Assembly: GCA_964648855.1 (NCBI GenBank)
Contig: CAZYLT010000018.1
Coordinates: forward strand, 17,039-49,038
DNA: 32,000 bases
Origin: an uncultured archaeon
Lineage (GTDB): Archaea > Asgardarchaeota > Thorarchaeia > Thorarchaeales > Thorarchaeaceae
Direction of reading: 5' to 3'
The position numbers and the translations under genes are program-made. The notes under the pieces were generated by a model. The model did not search any database. It was not told where the DNA came from and worked only from the letters and a program-made list of their open reading frames with translations. Of this stretch, positions 1 to 8,329 are shown in pieces. How positions within the stretch are numbered: position 1 is the first letter of the stretch; the number at the start of each line of letters is the position of its first letter.

Positions 1-726
1 TCAGCATTACTGTATTATGCCTTGAAGGAGGATATCATCGACGCTGCTGTAGCGGCATGTCAATCGAAAGAAACTCCATGGATTCCTGAAGCGACAACGA
101 TCATCAAGCCAGATAGGGCTCTAGAATGTGCAGGAACAATTTACACTCATGCTCCAATTGTTGATGAGTTGATGAATGCTCTTAGAGAAGGCAATTCGGC
201 AGTCGCTGTAGTTGGGACTTCGTGCAATTTGGATGGCATAACGCAACTCCAAAAGCACCCGGGTGGAACGCTAAATACCGATTTGAGGACATCAGTATTG
301 AAGATTGGTCTCTTCTGTATGGAATCCTTTGACTACAACGGGCTGGTTGATTTTCTCAAAACTAACAAAGTGGATATCAAAGATGTACGCAGGATGGCCA
401 TAGCCAAAGGGAAATTCAAGGTGTTCATGGATAACAGTGAGAAAGAGTGGCCAGTATCCGACCTCGATTCGATTGCCTCGACCTCCTGTTCCTACTGTCA
501 CGACCTCACAACAAAGAAGTCAGACATATCATGTGGAAACATTGGGTCCGGCGCAGGATGGACGACAGTACTCGTTCGTACAGAGAGAGGTGAACATCTC
601 TTTCAAGAAGCTGTTGATTCAGGTGTTATTGAGGCAGAGCCTTTAGAAGAAAAGCCAATACAGATTATCATTAATGTCGCTCGTTTGAAAGCGATGAGAT
701 ACTACAGCATGGAACCAAGCCATTAG
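1..726 (+). CDS. Coenzyme F420 hydrogenase/dehydrogenase beta subunit (FrhB/FdhB family), 5'-truncated by the window edge
   Basis: Frame is open from base 1 (SALLYYALKED...). FrhB C-terminal motifs: AVVGTSC, IGLFCMESF, CSYCHD..SDISCGNIGS..GWTTVLVRTERG. Confidence 0.88.
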   Translation, partial: SALLYYALKEDIIDAAVAACQSKETPWIPEATTIIKPDRALECAGTIYTHAPIVDELMNALREGNSAVAVVGTSCNLDGITQLQKHPGGTLNTDLRTSVLKIGLFCMESFDYNGLVDFLKTNKVDIKDVRRMAIAKGKFKVFMDNSEKEWPVSDLDSIASTSCSYCHDLTTKKSDISCGNIGSGAGWTTVLVRTERGEHLFQEAVDSGVIEAEPLEEKPIQIIINVARLKAMRYYSMEPSH

Positions 727-809
727 TATCGCTCTAGTCAGTATTTGGTCTTCTTCGTTGCCCTTTCAGATGGAATCTAAGTTACTATATGGAAACAGAG
801 TGGCGCATC

Positions 810-1325
810 ATGCACATACTACTAACAGGAAGACCAGGAATAGGGAAGTCGACAGCTATAGAGAAGATCATCCAATCCATTGGCAAAGACAAAGTTGGAG
901 GGTTCCTATCGCGTGAGATACGTGAACAAGGAACCAGAAAGGGATTTGCAATAGTAACTCTAGACGGACAAGATGGGGTCCTAGCTCATGTTGAAAGAAA
1001 AAACGGACCTCAAGTTGGGAAGTACCGAGTAAATGTGAAAGACATTGAGAATATTGCCATTCCCTCACTCAGGAGGGCAAGAATGCAGGGCAAGCTAATT
1101 GTCATTGATGAAATAGCGTCGATGGAACTGAAGGCCGAGATGTTCAGAGATGAGGTATTGAGCTGCCTAAAGGAAGGGCGGGTCTTGGCAACTATTCAAA
1201 ACAGACGAGGGGATTTCTTGGATTTACTAAAAAATAGAGAGGATACCAAAGTCATTGTTCTCACCACAAGAAACAGAGATGAAGTGCCAACCAGAGTGCT
1301 AAAGATTCTCCAGTACAGTGATTGA
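810..1325 (+). CDS. Nucleoside-triphosphatase, THEP1/NTPase_1 family
   Basis: Walker A LLTGRPGIGKST at the N-terminus, GGFLSREIRE..RKGF, VGKYRVN, Walker B LIVIDEI. ATG at 810 fits the family N-terminus (789 is the alternative start). Confidence 0.92.
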   Translation: MHILLTGRPGIGKSTAIEKIIQSIGKDKVGGFLSREIREQGTRKGFAIVTLDGQDGVLAHVERKNGPQVGKYRVNVKDIENIAIPSLRRARMQGKLIVIDEIASMELKAEMFRDEVLSCLKEGRVLATIQNRRGDFLDLLKNREDTKVIVLTTRNRDEVPTRVLKILQYSD

Positions 1326-3086
1326 CTACTTCGTCTTTGTTCTGAAGTAGATGGAAAGGACAACTAATCCAGCAAGGGCCCCCAGAACAAGCATGCCGGC
1401 CCATAAGAGAGGTGGGGTGGTATTTCTTTGTAATGAGGTTACTCGATGTTCAAACCATTCGGTTGTTCTGTTCAGATTGACCGACGAGTTATCAATGGCG
1501 ATAATTCGGTAGTAGACTGTTGAACCGTGTGTATATTCGCCGAGATGTGCCAAGTACAAATCGTTCGCAAAGAGAGTCATGTTCTGTTCTAGAACCGTTT
1601 CATTGGTATCTGTATATGTTTCAACAACTATAGAACTTATGTTGTTAATATCCCAGCAGTAGGCCTGAACGGTCAGGTTATTTGTTGATACTGTGGTGTG
1701 TGATTCCAGAATAGCTATCTCCGAAACAGTTGGAGGGTGCGTGTCAGGAGTAACAGTGACAACAACTATGTCTATCGATGTCTGATTGAAGAAATCGACA
1801 AGGGTTAGGTTGTAGGTATATTCGCCGACTGCCAGACCATCAATGGATATACTGATATTTTCTCCCCTCCAAGTTCCATTAAGCAATACCGCTCCATCTC
1901 TTGTGAGGTTGTACGTTTTTGGATTATTCTCTTCAGCGGACCAGTTTAGGCTATTGTCGGTATAGCCTTCTTCGTAGCTATAGTCGTCTAAATTGTCTAT
2001 GACTGGTGCCCTCAAATCCTCGTAGACAGTCACATTCACCGTGTCAGATGTGTTGTAACCAAAGACGTCGAATAGTGTGAGTGTAAACGAGTAATTTCCG
2101 AGGTAGATATAGTCTACCGAGAATGTAATATTCTCGCCTTCAGGCGCGTCGAAGGTCCATTCTTGGAGGGTAATATTGTCAGGAGGCCCATGAACTTTAG
2201 ATAGATTCCCATAAGTTGTATTATAGTAGAGAATTAGTACTTCTAAGCTATAGTTTGCAGGATTGCTATCGTAAGCATGCCAAGATATCTTGTTACCCTC
2301 AGCCCCAAATTCGTATGAGATATCATCAGGAGAGGATACAACGGGCGCTGTTAAATCCTGAAATACAGTCACATTGATTGAGCTTGTTGAATTGTAACCC
2401 CTTGTGTCATTCACAAAGAGGGTGAAGAGATACCAGTGTGATGCATTGAGGCCATCAACATTGAGAGTGAAATTTGAACCATCCCAATCTCCGTTATCGA
2501 GTACTGTAAAGTTGCTTGTTGTTTCATTCGATTGACGAGTTATGTTGAAGAAATCTGGATTCGTTTCTATGACAGTCCAATTTATGGTGTGCCCGAAACT
2601 ACCAACCTCATAGGAGTAAGTTTCGTTTGAGAGGACACTGGGCGTAATGATTGGGGCAGTATCGTCCTGAATAACTGTTACTTCAACGACATCGGATGTG
2701 CTTTCATTTGCTTGATTGAAGACCAAGCATTCAAATTCGAATTCAGCTGGAAGGGTAGACAACAAGTCACCTTCGTACAATTCATCCAAATCAGCAATAA
2801 TGAGGTCACCATCCCAAGAACCCGAGTCGAATATTTCGGAGTCGCGGTATATCGTGTAATTCTTCGGTTCTTCTGCTGTCGCATTCCAAATGATTTCTTC
2901 TCCCCGAGAACCGTTTTCATAGGTCAAGTCAGGAGGACTATCGATTGAAATTTCTGCAAGCGAAAATCTACTCTGTGACGTAGGTTTCTCGAATTGGGCG
3001 GGTAGTGCCATTCCTACATATGGTGAGAAAATAATCCACACCAGCATCACAGTAAGTATTAGTTTTCTATTTCGCTTGCGAAACAT
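1326..3086 (-). CDS. Membrane-anchored cell-surface glycoprotein with four ~100-aa Ig-like repeats plus a fifth beta-sandwich domain
   Basis: Signal peptide MFRKRNRKLILTVMLVWIIF from the ATG at 3086, preceded by AGAGGA. Repeats of D-x-x-YE-x-G...W...P..Y...W.G......DGL..G.Y...L...D......V.VTV..D..AP. Many N-x-S/T sequons. C-terminal TM helix with a basic tail (RTKTK). Confidence 0.85.
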   Translation of the reverse strand: MFRKRNRKLILTVMLVWIIFSPYVGMALPAQFEKPTSQSRFSLAEISIDSPPDLTYENGSRGEEIIWNATAEEPKNYTIYRDSEIFDSGSWDGDLIIADLDELYEGDLLSTLPAEFEFECLVFNQANESTSDVVEVTVIQDDTAPIITPSVLSNETYSYEVGSFGHTINWTVIETNPDFFNITRQSNETTSNFTVLDNGDWDGSNFTLNVDGLNASHWYLFTLFVNDTRGYNSTSSINVTVFQDLTAPVVSSPDDISYEFGAEGNKISWHAYDSNPANYSLEVLILYYNTTYGNLSKVHGPPDNITLQEWTFDAPEGENITFSVDYIYLGNYSFTLTLFDVFGYNTSDTVNVTVYEDLRAPVIDNLDDYSYEEGYTDNSLNWSAEENNPKTYNLTRDGAVLLNGTWRGENISISIDGLAVGEYTYNLTLVDFFNQTSIDIVVVTVTPDTHPPTVSEIAILESHTTVSTNNLTVQAYCWDINNISSIVVETYTDTNETVLEQNMTLFANDLYLAHLGEYTHGSTVYYRIIAIDNSSVNLNRTTEWFEHRVTSLQRNTTPPLLWAGMLVLGALAGLVVLSIYFRTKTK

Positions 3087-3147
3087 ATCTGCACTTTCCT
3101 CTAATTGCATGTCTTGCGTGCTAGGGCGACGAACCTTGAATCGCGGT

Positions 3148-3155
3148 TTTATACC
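3148..3155. promoter_or_regulatory. Candidate archaeal TATA-box element (TTTATACC / GGTATAAA) in a divergent intergenic region
   Basis: The same 8-mer recurs at 11700 and 15809, both also divergent intergenic regions. Confidence 0.45.
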
Positions 3156-3305
3156 CTTCGGTGGCCCTATGATTGAACCAATGCCCACTGACATGTTGGA
3201 AGGAATGCGCACAGCTGGAATTGGGAATTGCAGTTCATCGAGGGAATGCTATTAAGGAGAATAAGGATGTTGAGTCTAGCATGCTTATGTGTGTTGGTGA
3301 AACTT

Positions 3306-4235
3306 ATGCCAAAGGCCATGTTCGCCATATGGTGGGACGATAAACTGGGCCCGCTTGTTGGACGAACCTATCCTCCTGATGCAGAACTGTCTAGTGAGGA
3401 AGCCCTTACCATATTTATGAGTCATGGAGTAAAGCAAAAAGCTGACGTCGGATATACTAAGCTGAAAAAAGGCCTCTTCATTTCATTCATGGAGGAACCG
3501 AATTGTATAGCTGTGCTTCTAGATGAAGGTGATGACCAGTCGGCTATAGAAAGAAATCTTCTGCGTTTGATTCCCACCATAAATTTTTCATCCCGTCAGT
3601 GGGACAAGGAAATCAGAAATGCGTTTGAAAGATTGAGCAAGTTACTTGACCAAAAAACTGGAGAGAGCCTTCTCAAAAGGCCAGCAATAAGAAATATGCT
3701 GGAAGATATGTATCAAGGCCGTATCAAAGTTATCAAACCTCAACACGTTCTATGGGGTATTGCCAAATATCCTACTGCATCCCAGTATCTAGGAGAAACG
3801 AGAGAGGAAGTTATCAGAACACTGGAGGATCTCAATCAAGAGGGAGTCGTGGTAGCCAAGACGTTTGGGAGAAAGGTGCAATGTAAGCAATGTGGCAGTT
3901 CTGAAATAACAATTGATTTAGTATGTCCCTCATGCGGCTCCGATGATATCCATAAAGTATACCAGATATTTTGCCCACACTGTCATGAGCAGTTCCAAGC
4001 TGTAATCCCGGATGATCTGGCAGAGATATCCTGCCAAAGGTGTCATGAGTCGCTTGATGTATCGGACTTAGATGTATCCGAGGTCGAACTGCTTTGCATG
4101 GCTTGCCATTCAGCCTCCAACCAACCCCGAATAAAGCCCGAATGTGCAGTTTGTGGTAAAGAACTGGAACCGATCGATTTGCTTGGAGGCACGGGTTTGG
4201 CCTATTATCCGTTTAAGACAAAGAAAGACGACTAG
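3306..4235 (+). CDS. Longin/uDENN-like domain + wHTH + TackOD1-like multi-zinc-ribbon protein
   Basis: GGTGA SD before the ATG at 3306. N-terminal FAIWWDDKLGPLVGRTYP is a uDENN/longin-type FD..xGP...YP motif. LEDLNQEGVV helix, then six CxxC pairs (CKQC, CPSC, CPHC, CQRC, CMAC, CAVC). Confidence 0.7.
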   Translation: MPKAMFAIWWDDKLGPLVGRTYPPDAELSSEEALTIFMSHGVKQKADVGYTKLKKGLFISFMEEPNCIAVLLDEGDDQSAIERNLLRLIPTINFSSRQWDKEIRNAFERLSKLLDQKTGESLLKRPAIRNMLEDMYQGRIKVIKPQHVLWGIAKYPTASQYLGETREEVIRTLEDLNQEGVVVAKTFGRKVQCKQCGSSEITIDLVCPSCGSDDIHKVYQIFCPHCHEQFQAVIPDDLAEISCQRCHESLDVSDLDVSEVELLCMACHSASNQPRIKPECAVCGKELEPIDLLGGTGLAYYPFKTKKDD

Positions 4236-4305
4236 TGCTTATGGACCCAAAAATCCTGCTTCCAAGAGCAATTCAGTATTCCTCAAATGAGATTGCCTTC
4301 GTAGG

Positions 4306-5913
4306 TCATTTCGTATCATTATTCTTTAGAGCTTTCTTCACGACAGCTCTAGCAGCTTTCAAGATGCTTTCGGCTCTCTCTTCGCCTATGCCTTCTACCC
4401 GTCGGGACAATCGAGAGGGCAATTCACCAGCAAGCTGTGCGGCAGATGTATAGCCTGCTGCTCTTAGTTTCTTTTCCATAGCGGGACCTATGCCCTTGAT
4501 GTCCCTAAAGGATACTACATCCTCGAAGTCTTTACCCATTATTTCTTGAAAATCTTGGTCAGAGATTCCAGTGCCCACATCTATGATATCAACCTGACTG
4601 CGGATTGAATCAAGTTCTTCATCTTCAACAAATGCTTCAACAGTTTCCTTCACCATCTTTTCGCTAAAGTCCAAGCTGAGTTCCTCCATTTCTACCTCCC
4701 GTCCTCTTAGTTCTGGGGCATCTGAGGTTGTATAAAGCGCAATAAGTGTGAGAAGGACTGCTAATTGTGGACCAATTAGTGCAATTATGCTTGGTAATTC
4801 AATGGCGAACGCATCAGCCTGAACTACCCAGAAGACAGTGACATACCCCAACAGTACTGCAAAAATGCTTGCTAGTCTCAACCCTTTCGTTTTTGGAGAC
4901 CCAAGTTCAGTCCAAATTAAGAAGATGCAGAGCCCCAGCAAGAAACCCTCCACTAATCTCTCCATCATGAGCAAAGGTAATGCTTGTAAGACAACTCTGG
5001 CTGAACCCTGATCTCCTGAGATCTCGATACTATACATAGTGCTAGAAAATATTGCTAAAAGGCCCATGGAAAGAACAAGGGTATTGAATGCAGGTTTCCT
5101 CCCACGAAGGTCAGCCAGGAGTCCTGCACCAAGAGCTCCGATAGCCAAAATAATAGGCTCGTACTTTGTCCATCCGGCATATTCGCCCAAGGATGAAAAC
5201 TCGCCTCCGCCCACTGTTCTGAACAACCCTTGAATCTCCAACATAGTTCCATGATACCAGAGGAAATGTGCAATCAGCAGGAAGACCATAGGAATGAAGT
5301 ACTTCATTGGATTGCCACTTACAGCAAGAGGATGAGACTGCCACTTCCATGGTCGTGGTACTAATGAAATCAGGAGTACGACCAGAACCATGATATGCGA
5401 TGTATCGAGTTCAAGTGGAACTGTTATGATTGGAGTTGGGGCAACAATGTTGTAGGCGGAAACTAGAACAAGTGCGATTGCAAGCATGGATGCCGACAAT
5501 CTCCCCCTGTATCTCAATACGACTGTTCTATTTACCATCACCGACCATGAAAGCGTCATAACAGAGAAACCAGAAAAAATGGCAAAGGCAGACACCATTT
5601 GAAGGTCGAATTGAGAAATAGCGGCATTCGGCAGAGATGCGCTAGCGAGATCGAGTGTAATAGGAATCACTGCAGCTACAAAGCAAATTGCGTATGTCCT
5701 ATGAACTCTGTCAATGATATATCCAGCCAAACCCAGTGAAACGAAAGCAATGGCCACTCCGAATGATAGAATATACAACAAGTCCAACGAAGGAGCAGGC
5801 ATCGTTTGACTCGATAGAATTTTCTGGATTGAATAAATGAAATAGGCAAAGACGGGAGAAAACATAAGATATGTGAGTGCTTTCTTAAGGGGAAAATGCC
5901 TGTATTCCAACAT
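4306..5913 (-). CDS. MFS-fold polytopic membrane protein with a C-terminal tandem helix-hairpin-helix (RadA-N/HHH_5-like) domain
   Basis: About 12 hydrophobic segments. MFS motif-A-like loops GYIIDRVHR and GLLADLRGRK. Acidic linker, then DIKGIGPAMEKKLRAAGY...VEGIGEERAESILKAAR. ATG at 5913 follows GGTG (ORF track start is 5922). Confidence 0.75.
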   Translation of the reverse strand: MLEYRHFPLKKALTYLMFSPVFAYFIYSIQKILSSQTMPAPSLDLLYILSFGVAIAFVSLGLAGYIIDRVHRTYAICFVAAVIPITLDLASASLPNAAISQFDLQMVSAFAIFSGFSVMTLSWSVMVNRTVVLRYRGRLSASMLAIALVLVSAYNIVAPTPIITVPLELDTSHIMVLVVLLISLVPRPWKWQSHPLAVSGNPMKYFIPMVFLLIAHFLWYHGTMLEIQGLFRTVGGGEFSSLGEYAGWTKYEPIILAIGALGAGLLADLRGRKPAFNTLVLSMGLLAIFSSTMYSIEISGDQGSARVVLQALPLLMMERLVEGFLLGLCIFLIWTELGSPKTKGLRLASIFAVLLGYVTVFWVVQADAFAIELPSIIALIGPQLAVLLTLIALYTTSDAPELRGREVEMEELSLDFSEKMVKETVEAFVEDEELDSIRSQVDIIDVGTGISDQDFQEIMGKDFEDVVSFRDIKGIGPAMEKKLRAAGYTSAAQLAGELPSRLSRRVEGIGEERAESILKAARAVVKKALKNNDTK

Positions 5914-6048
5914 CAATAACACCTACCTGCAATTTCCTGCATGTAGAAAGGCATAAGACCATTTCGGAGTAATCTCATAGTTGCTTTTCGGGTAATTTGC
6001 GAGACTATAAACTAGATAGCTTATTACATAGAATCTAGTTTTCAGAGC

Positions 6049-6975
6049 TTGGATGCAAAGAATTTGACTGGTCGCCTAGGAATTCAGGAATTCATGGTCC
6101 TGAAAACGAGTGGACTCCCTGTCTTCCATTATTCACCCATAGGAACAAGGAAAGTTGACGATTTGCTGTCTGGATTTCTCACTGCCATCACAAGTTTTGC
6201 TAGTGAATTTGGAGAAAGCAGTGTGAGAAGTCTCTCATTTGAAGGATCAGAGATTCTTTATGAGCCAGCAGGAGATGATTTGCTTTTCATCCTCCTAGTT
6301 GAGACTGGGGCACCCAGCAAAGTTCTACGAGCGGTCTTGCGAGATTTGAGTAATAGATTTCTTGTGAGATATACAGCCGAAATAGCCAAGCCCATTGTCC
6401 AGGAGAAAGATTTCCATGAATTCAAGCAGGAAGCTCGGAAGTCTTTTGATTATTACGAGGGCATTGTTACAGTCATCTCAAGCCTTAGCTCCTACGTTGT
6501 GCCCAAGCTGAATAAGGAAGCATATGAGCAAGTATCAACCATTCATGGCTTTTTGGATGAAATGCACCGGGATTTTGGAAGAGCGAGGAATCAGGTCCTA
6601 CAGAGTATTGATGGAACTATGCCGATTGCTGAAATCTCCCTGAAAACAGGCCTGGATCATGAAACAATCACTGAGATAATAGAGTATCTTGCCATATGGG
6701 GAGTTGTGGAAATTTTCAAGATGTGTCCTCAAATCAAGAGTTCAGATGACCGTTTTGATACTTATCTTGATATAATCGGTCTCCCGAGGAGGGAATTTCG
6801 GATATTAAATGACGCAAAATCATATTGTGACGGCAGGACTCCATTGCCGGTCATCAGCAAAACGACAGGAGCTAGCATAGAAGAGCTATACGGTGTACTA
6901 AAGAAAATGGGCGATGAAATTCGGTGGAATCTGAGAGTGATTCAAGTAGAGCGTCGCCCTATATTTGTCGGCTAA
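6049..6975 (+). CDS. Longin-domain protein with two C-terminal winged-helix domains (paralog A)
   Basis: Longin signature MVLKTSGLPVFHY...DDLLSGFLTAITSFASE...LLFILLVE. wHTH-type motifs IDGTMPIAEISLKTGL...LAIWGVV and CDGRTPLPVISKTTGAS. Confidence 0.78.
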   Translation: MDAKNLTGRLGIQEFMVLKTSGLPVFHYSPIGTRKVDDLLSGFLTAITSFASEFGESSVRSLSFEGSEILYEPAGDDLLFILLVETGAPSKVLRAVLRDLSNRFLVRYTAEIAKPIVQEKDFHEFKQEARKSFDYYEGIVTVISSLSSYVVPKLNKEAYEQVSTIHGFLDEMHRDFGRARNQVLQSIDGTMPIAEISLKTGLDHETITEIIEYLAIWGVVEIFKMCPQIKSSDDRFDTYLDIIGLPRREFRILNDAKSYCDGRTPLPVISKTTGASIEELYGVLKKMGDEIRWNLRVIQVERRPIFVG

Positions 6976-7045
6976 TGAACAACCGACTAAGGTATAAGTC
7001 AGAATAACCTTTGTACTTCAGCAAAGCTCGGACAAGGGGACACTA

Positions 7046-8329
7046 ATGGTCAAAGAAATAGTAATTCTGAAGGAAGGAGGTATTCCTCTCTATCATTACA
7101 GTGTCACAGGGGAACAGAAACTAGATGAACTTGTGTCAGGATTTCTATCTGCACTTGGATCCATGGCAGAAAAAATTAGTTCTCAACAAATCAGGGTCAT
7201 GTCGTTCGAAAAGAACAAATTTGTTTGGGAACGAAGAGGGGATGTCTTTTTCATAGCACTTGTATATCGGGAAGACAGTGCAGAGATCTATGCAGCAATC
7301 CTTAACGAGCTCTCAGAACAATTTGTTGGGAAATTCTATGAGAAACTGAGAAAGAATGTTGTTTCTCGACGGGAATTTCTACATTTCACTGAGATTGTAG
7401 AATCAACATTACAGAAGTTCAATGGAATCCCTGGACTTGCTAGACGTTACAAGACAGCTTTGTTGCCGATATCAGAACTAAGGATACTCAAGTCCAAAAT
7501 GGCTGACGTTGAAAAGGCAAGCGTGTTACAACGAACTGCTATTCTTACAAATGATGGATTCATCATGGCTTCAAATTTGAGGGCCTACGAAAATGAAGCG
7601 TTCTTAGATTTACATGATATTACAAAGGAAACAGCAATCAATATGGACGAGCTCTCAAACCATGCATCACTAGATCCTGACACAAGATTCTATGTCACGG
7701 AGGCTGAGGATCTAATAGTGATTGCCACTGTGATGGAATCATCATCTCTAGAGGTAATACGTGATTTGCTTAGTCCCCTTTTGAACTATCTAGCACATCT
7801 AGATACTTCAAAGGCAAAACGAATAGAACCAATACGAGAACAAGAGCATTTTACATTTTTTGATTCGGATATTGTTGTTCCAAATTATGAGCCAGAAGAG
7901 ATAGATGAAATACTATCAAAATTTGCAGAAGTGGATGACGAAGAACTTTCAAAGACAAGAAAAGTATTACAAAATACGATGAAGCATTCAACCATTATTG
8001 ACCTTATTGAAAGAACCGGACTGGACAGGCCAGTTTTGGTTGAACTATTGGCTCAATTGATTGCCAAGGATATTGCTCGTATAACCAACGTGTACCCGGT
8101 AATCAAGAAAGAAGATGAACGCTTTTCTGCATACTTAGAGGTAATAGGGATGCCAGAAGAAGATTACAATGTAGTTAATGACATCAGGCAATACTGCACG
8201 GGAACCTATTCCATCAAAGAAATCGCTGCCAAAACCGGCATTTCATCGACAAGAATAATTGGTGTTATGAAACTACTGGGTAAGAATGTAAAGTGGCAGA
8301 AAACTCGAGGTCTTAATCATGACAGGTGA
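7046..8329 (+). CDS. Longin + roadblock-like + two winged-helix domains (paralog B)
   Basis: Longin IVILKEGGIPLYHY...DELVSGFLSALGSMAE. Central TAILTNDGFIMASNL is roadblock/LAMTOR-like. C-terminus aligns by eye with paralog A (DERFSAYLEVIGMP vs DDRFDTYLDIIGLP). Confidence 0.78.
   Translation: MVKEIVILKEGGIPLYHYSVTGEQKLDELVSGFLSALGSMAEKISSQQIRVMSFEKNKFVWERRGDVFFIALVYREDSAEIYAAILNELSEQFVGKFYEKLRKNVVSRREFLHFTEIVESTLQKFNGIPGLARRYKTALLPISELRILKSKMADVEKASVLQRTAILTNDGFIMASNLRAYENEAFLDLHDITKETAINMDELSNHASLDPDTRFYVTEAEDLIVIATVMESSSLEVIRDLLSPLLNYLAHLDTSKAKRIEPIREQEHFTFFDSDIVVPNYEPEEIDEILSKFAEVDDEELSKTRKVLQNTMKHSTIIDLIERTGLDRPVLVELLAQLIAKDIARITNVYPVIKKEDERFSAYLEVIGMPEEDYNVVNDIRQYCTGTYSIKEIAAKTGISSTRIIGVMKLLGKNVKWQKTRGLNHDR

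Noticed and set aside
3122-3169. Imperfect inverted repeat TAGGGC...GCCCTA around the TATA-like motif, considered as an ncRNA
   Set aside because: Short, mismatched stem with no recognisable RNA family features; compatible with chance.
3087-3305. ORF-track N-terminal extensions of the genes at 1326..3212 and 3228..4235
   Set aside because: Better starts with SD motifs exist at 3086 and 3306, and the extensions would cover the divergent promoter region.
4345-4510. Possible radA gene or fragment
   Set aside because: Only the HhH domain is present, fused in frame to a membrane protein, and there is no RecA-type ATPase core.
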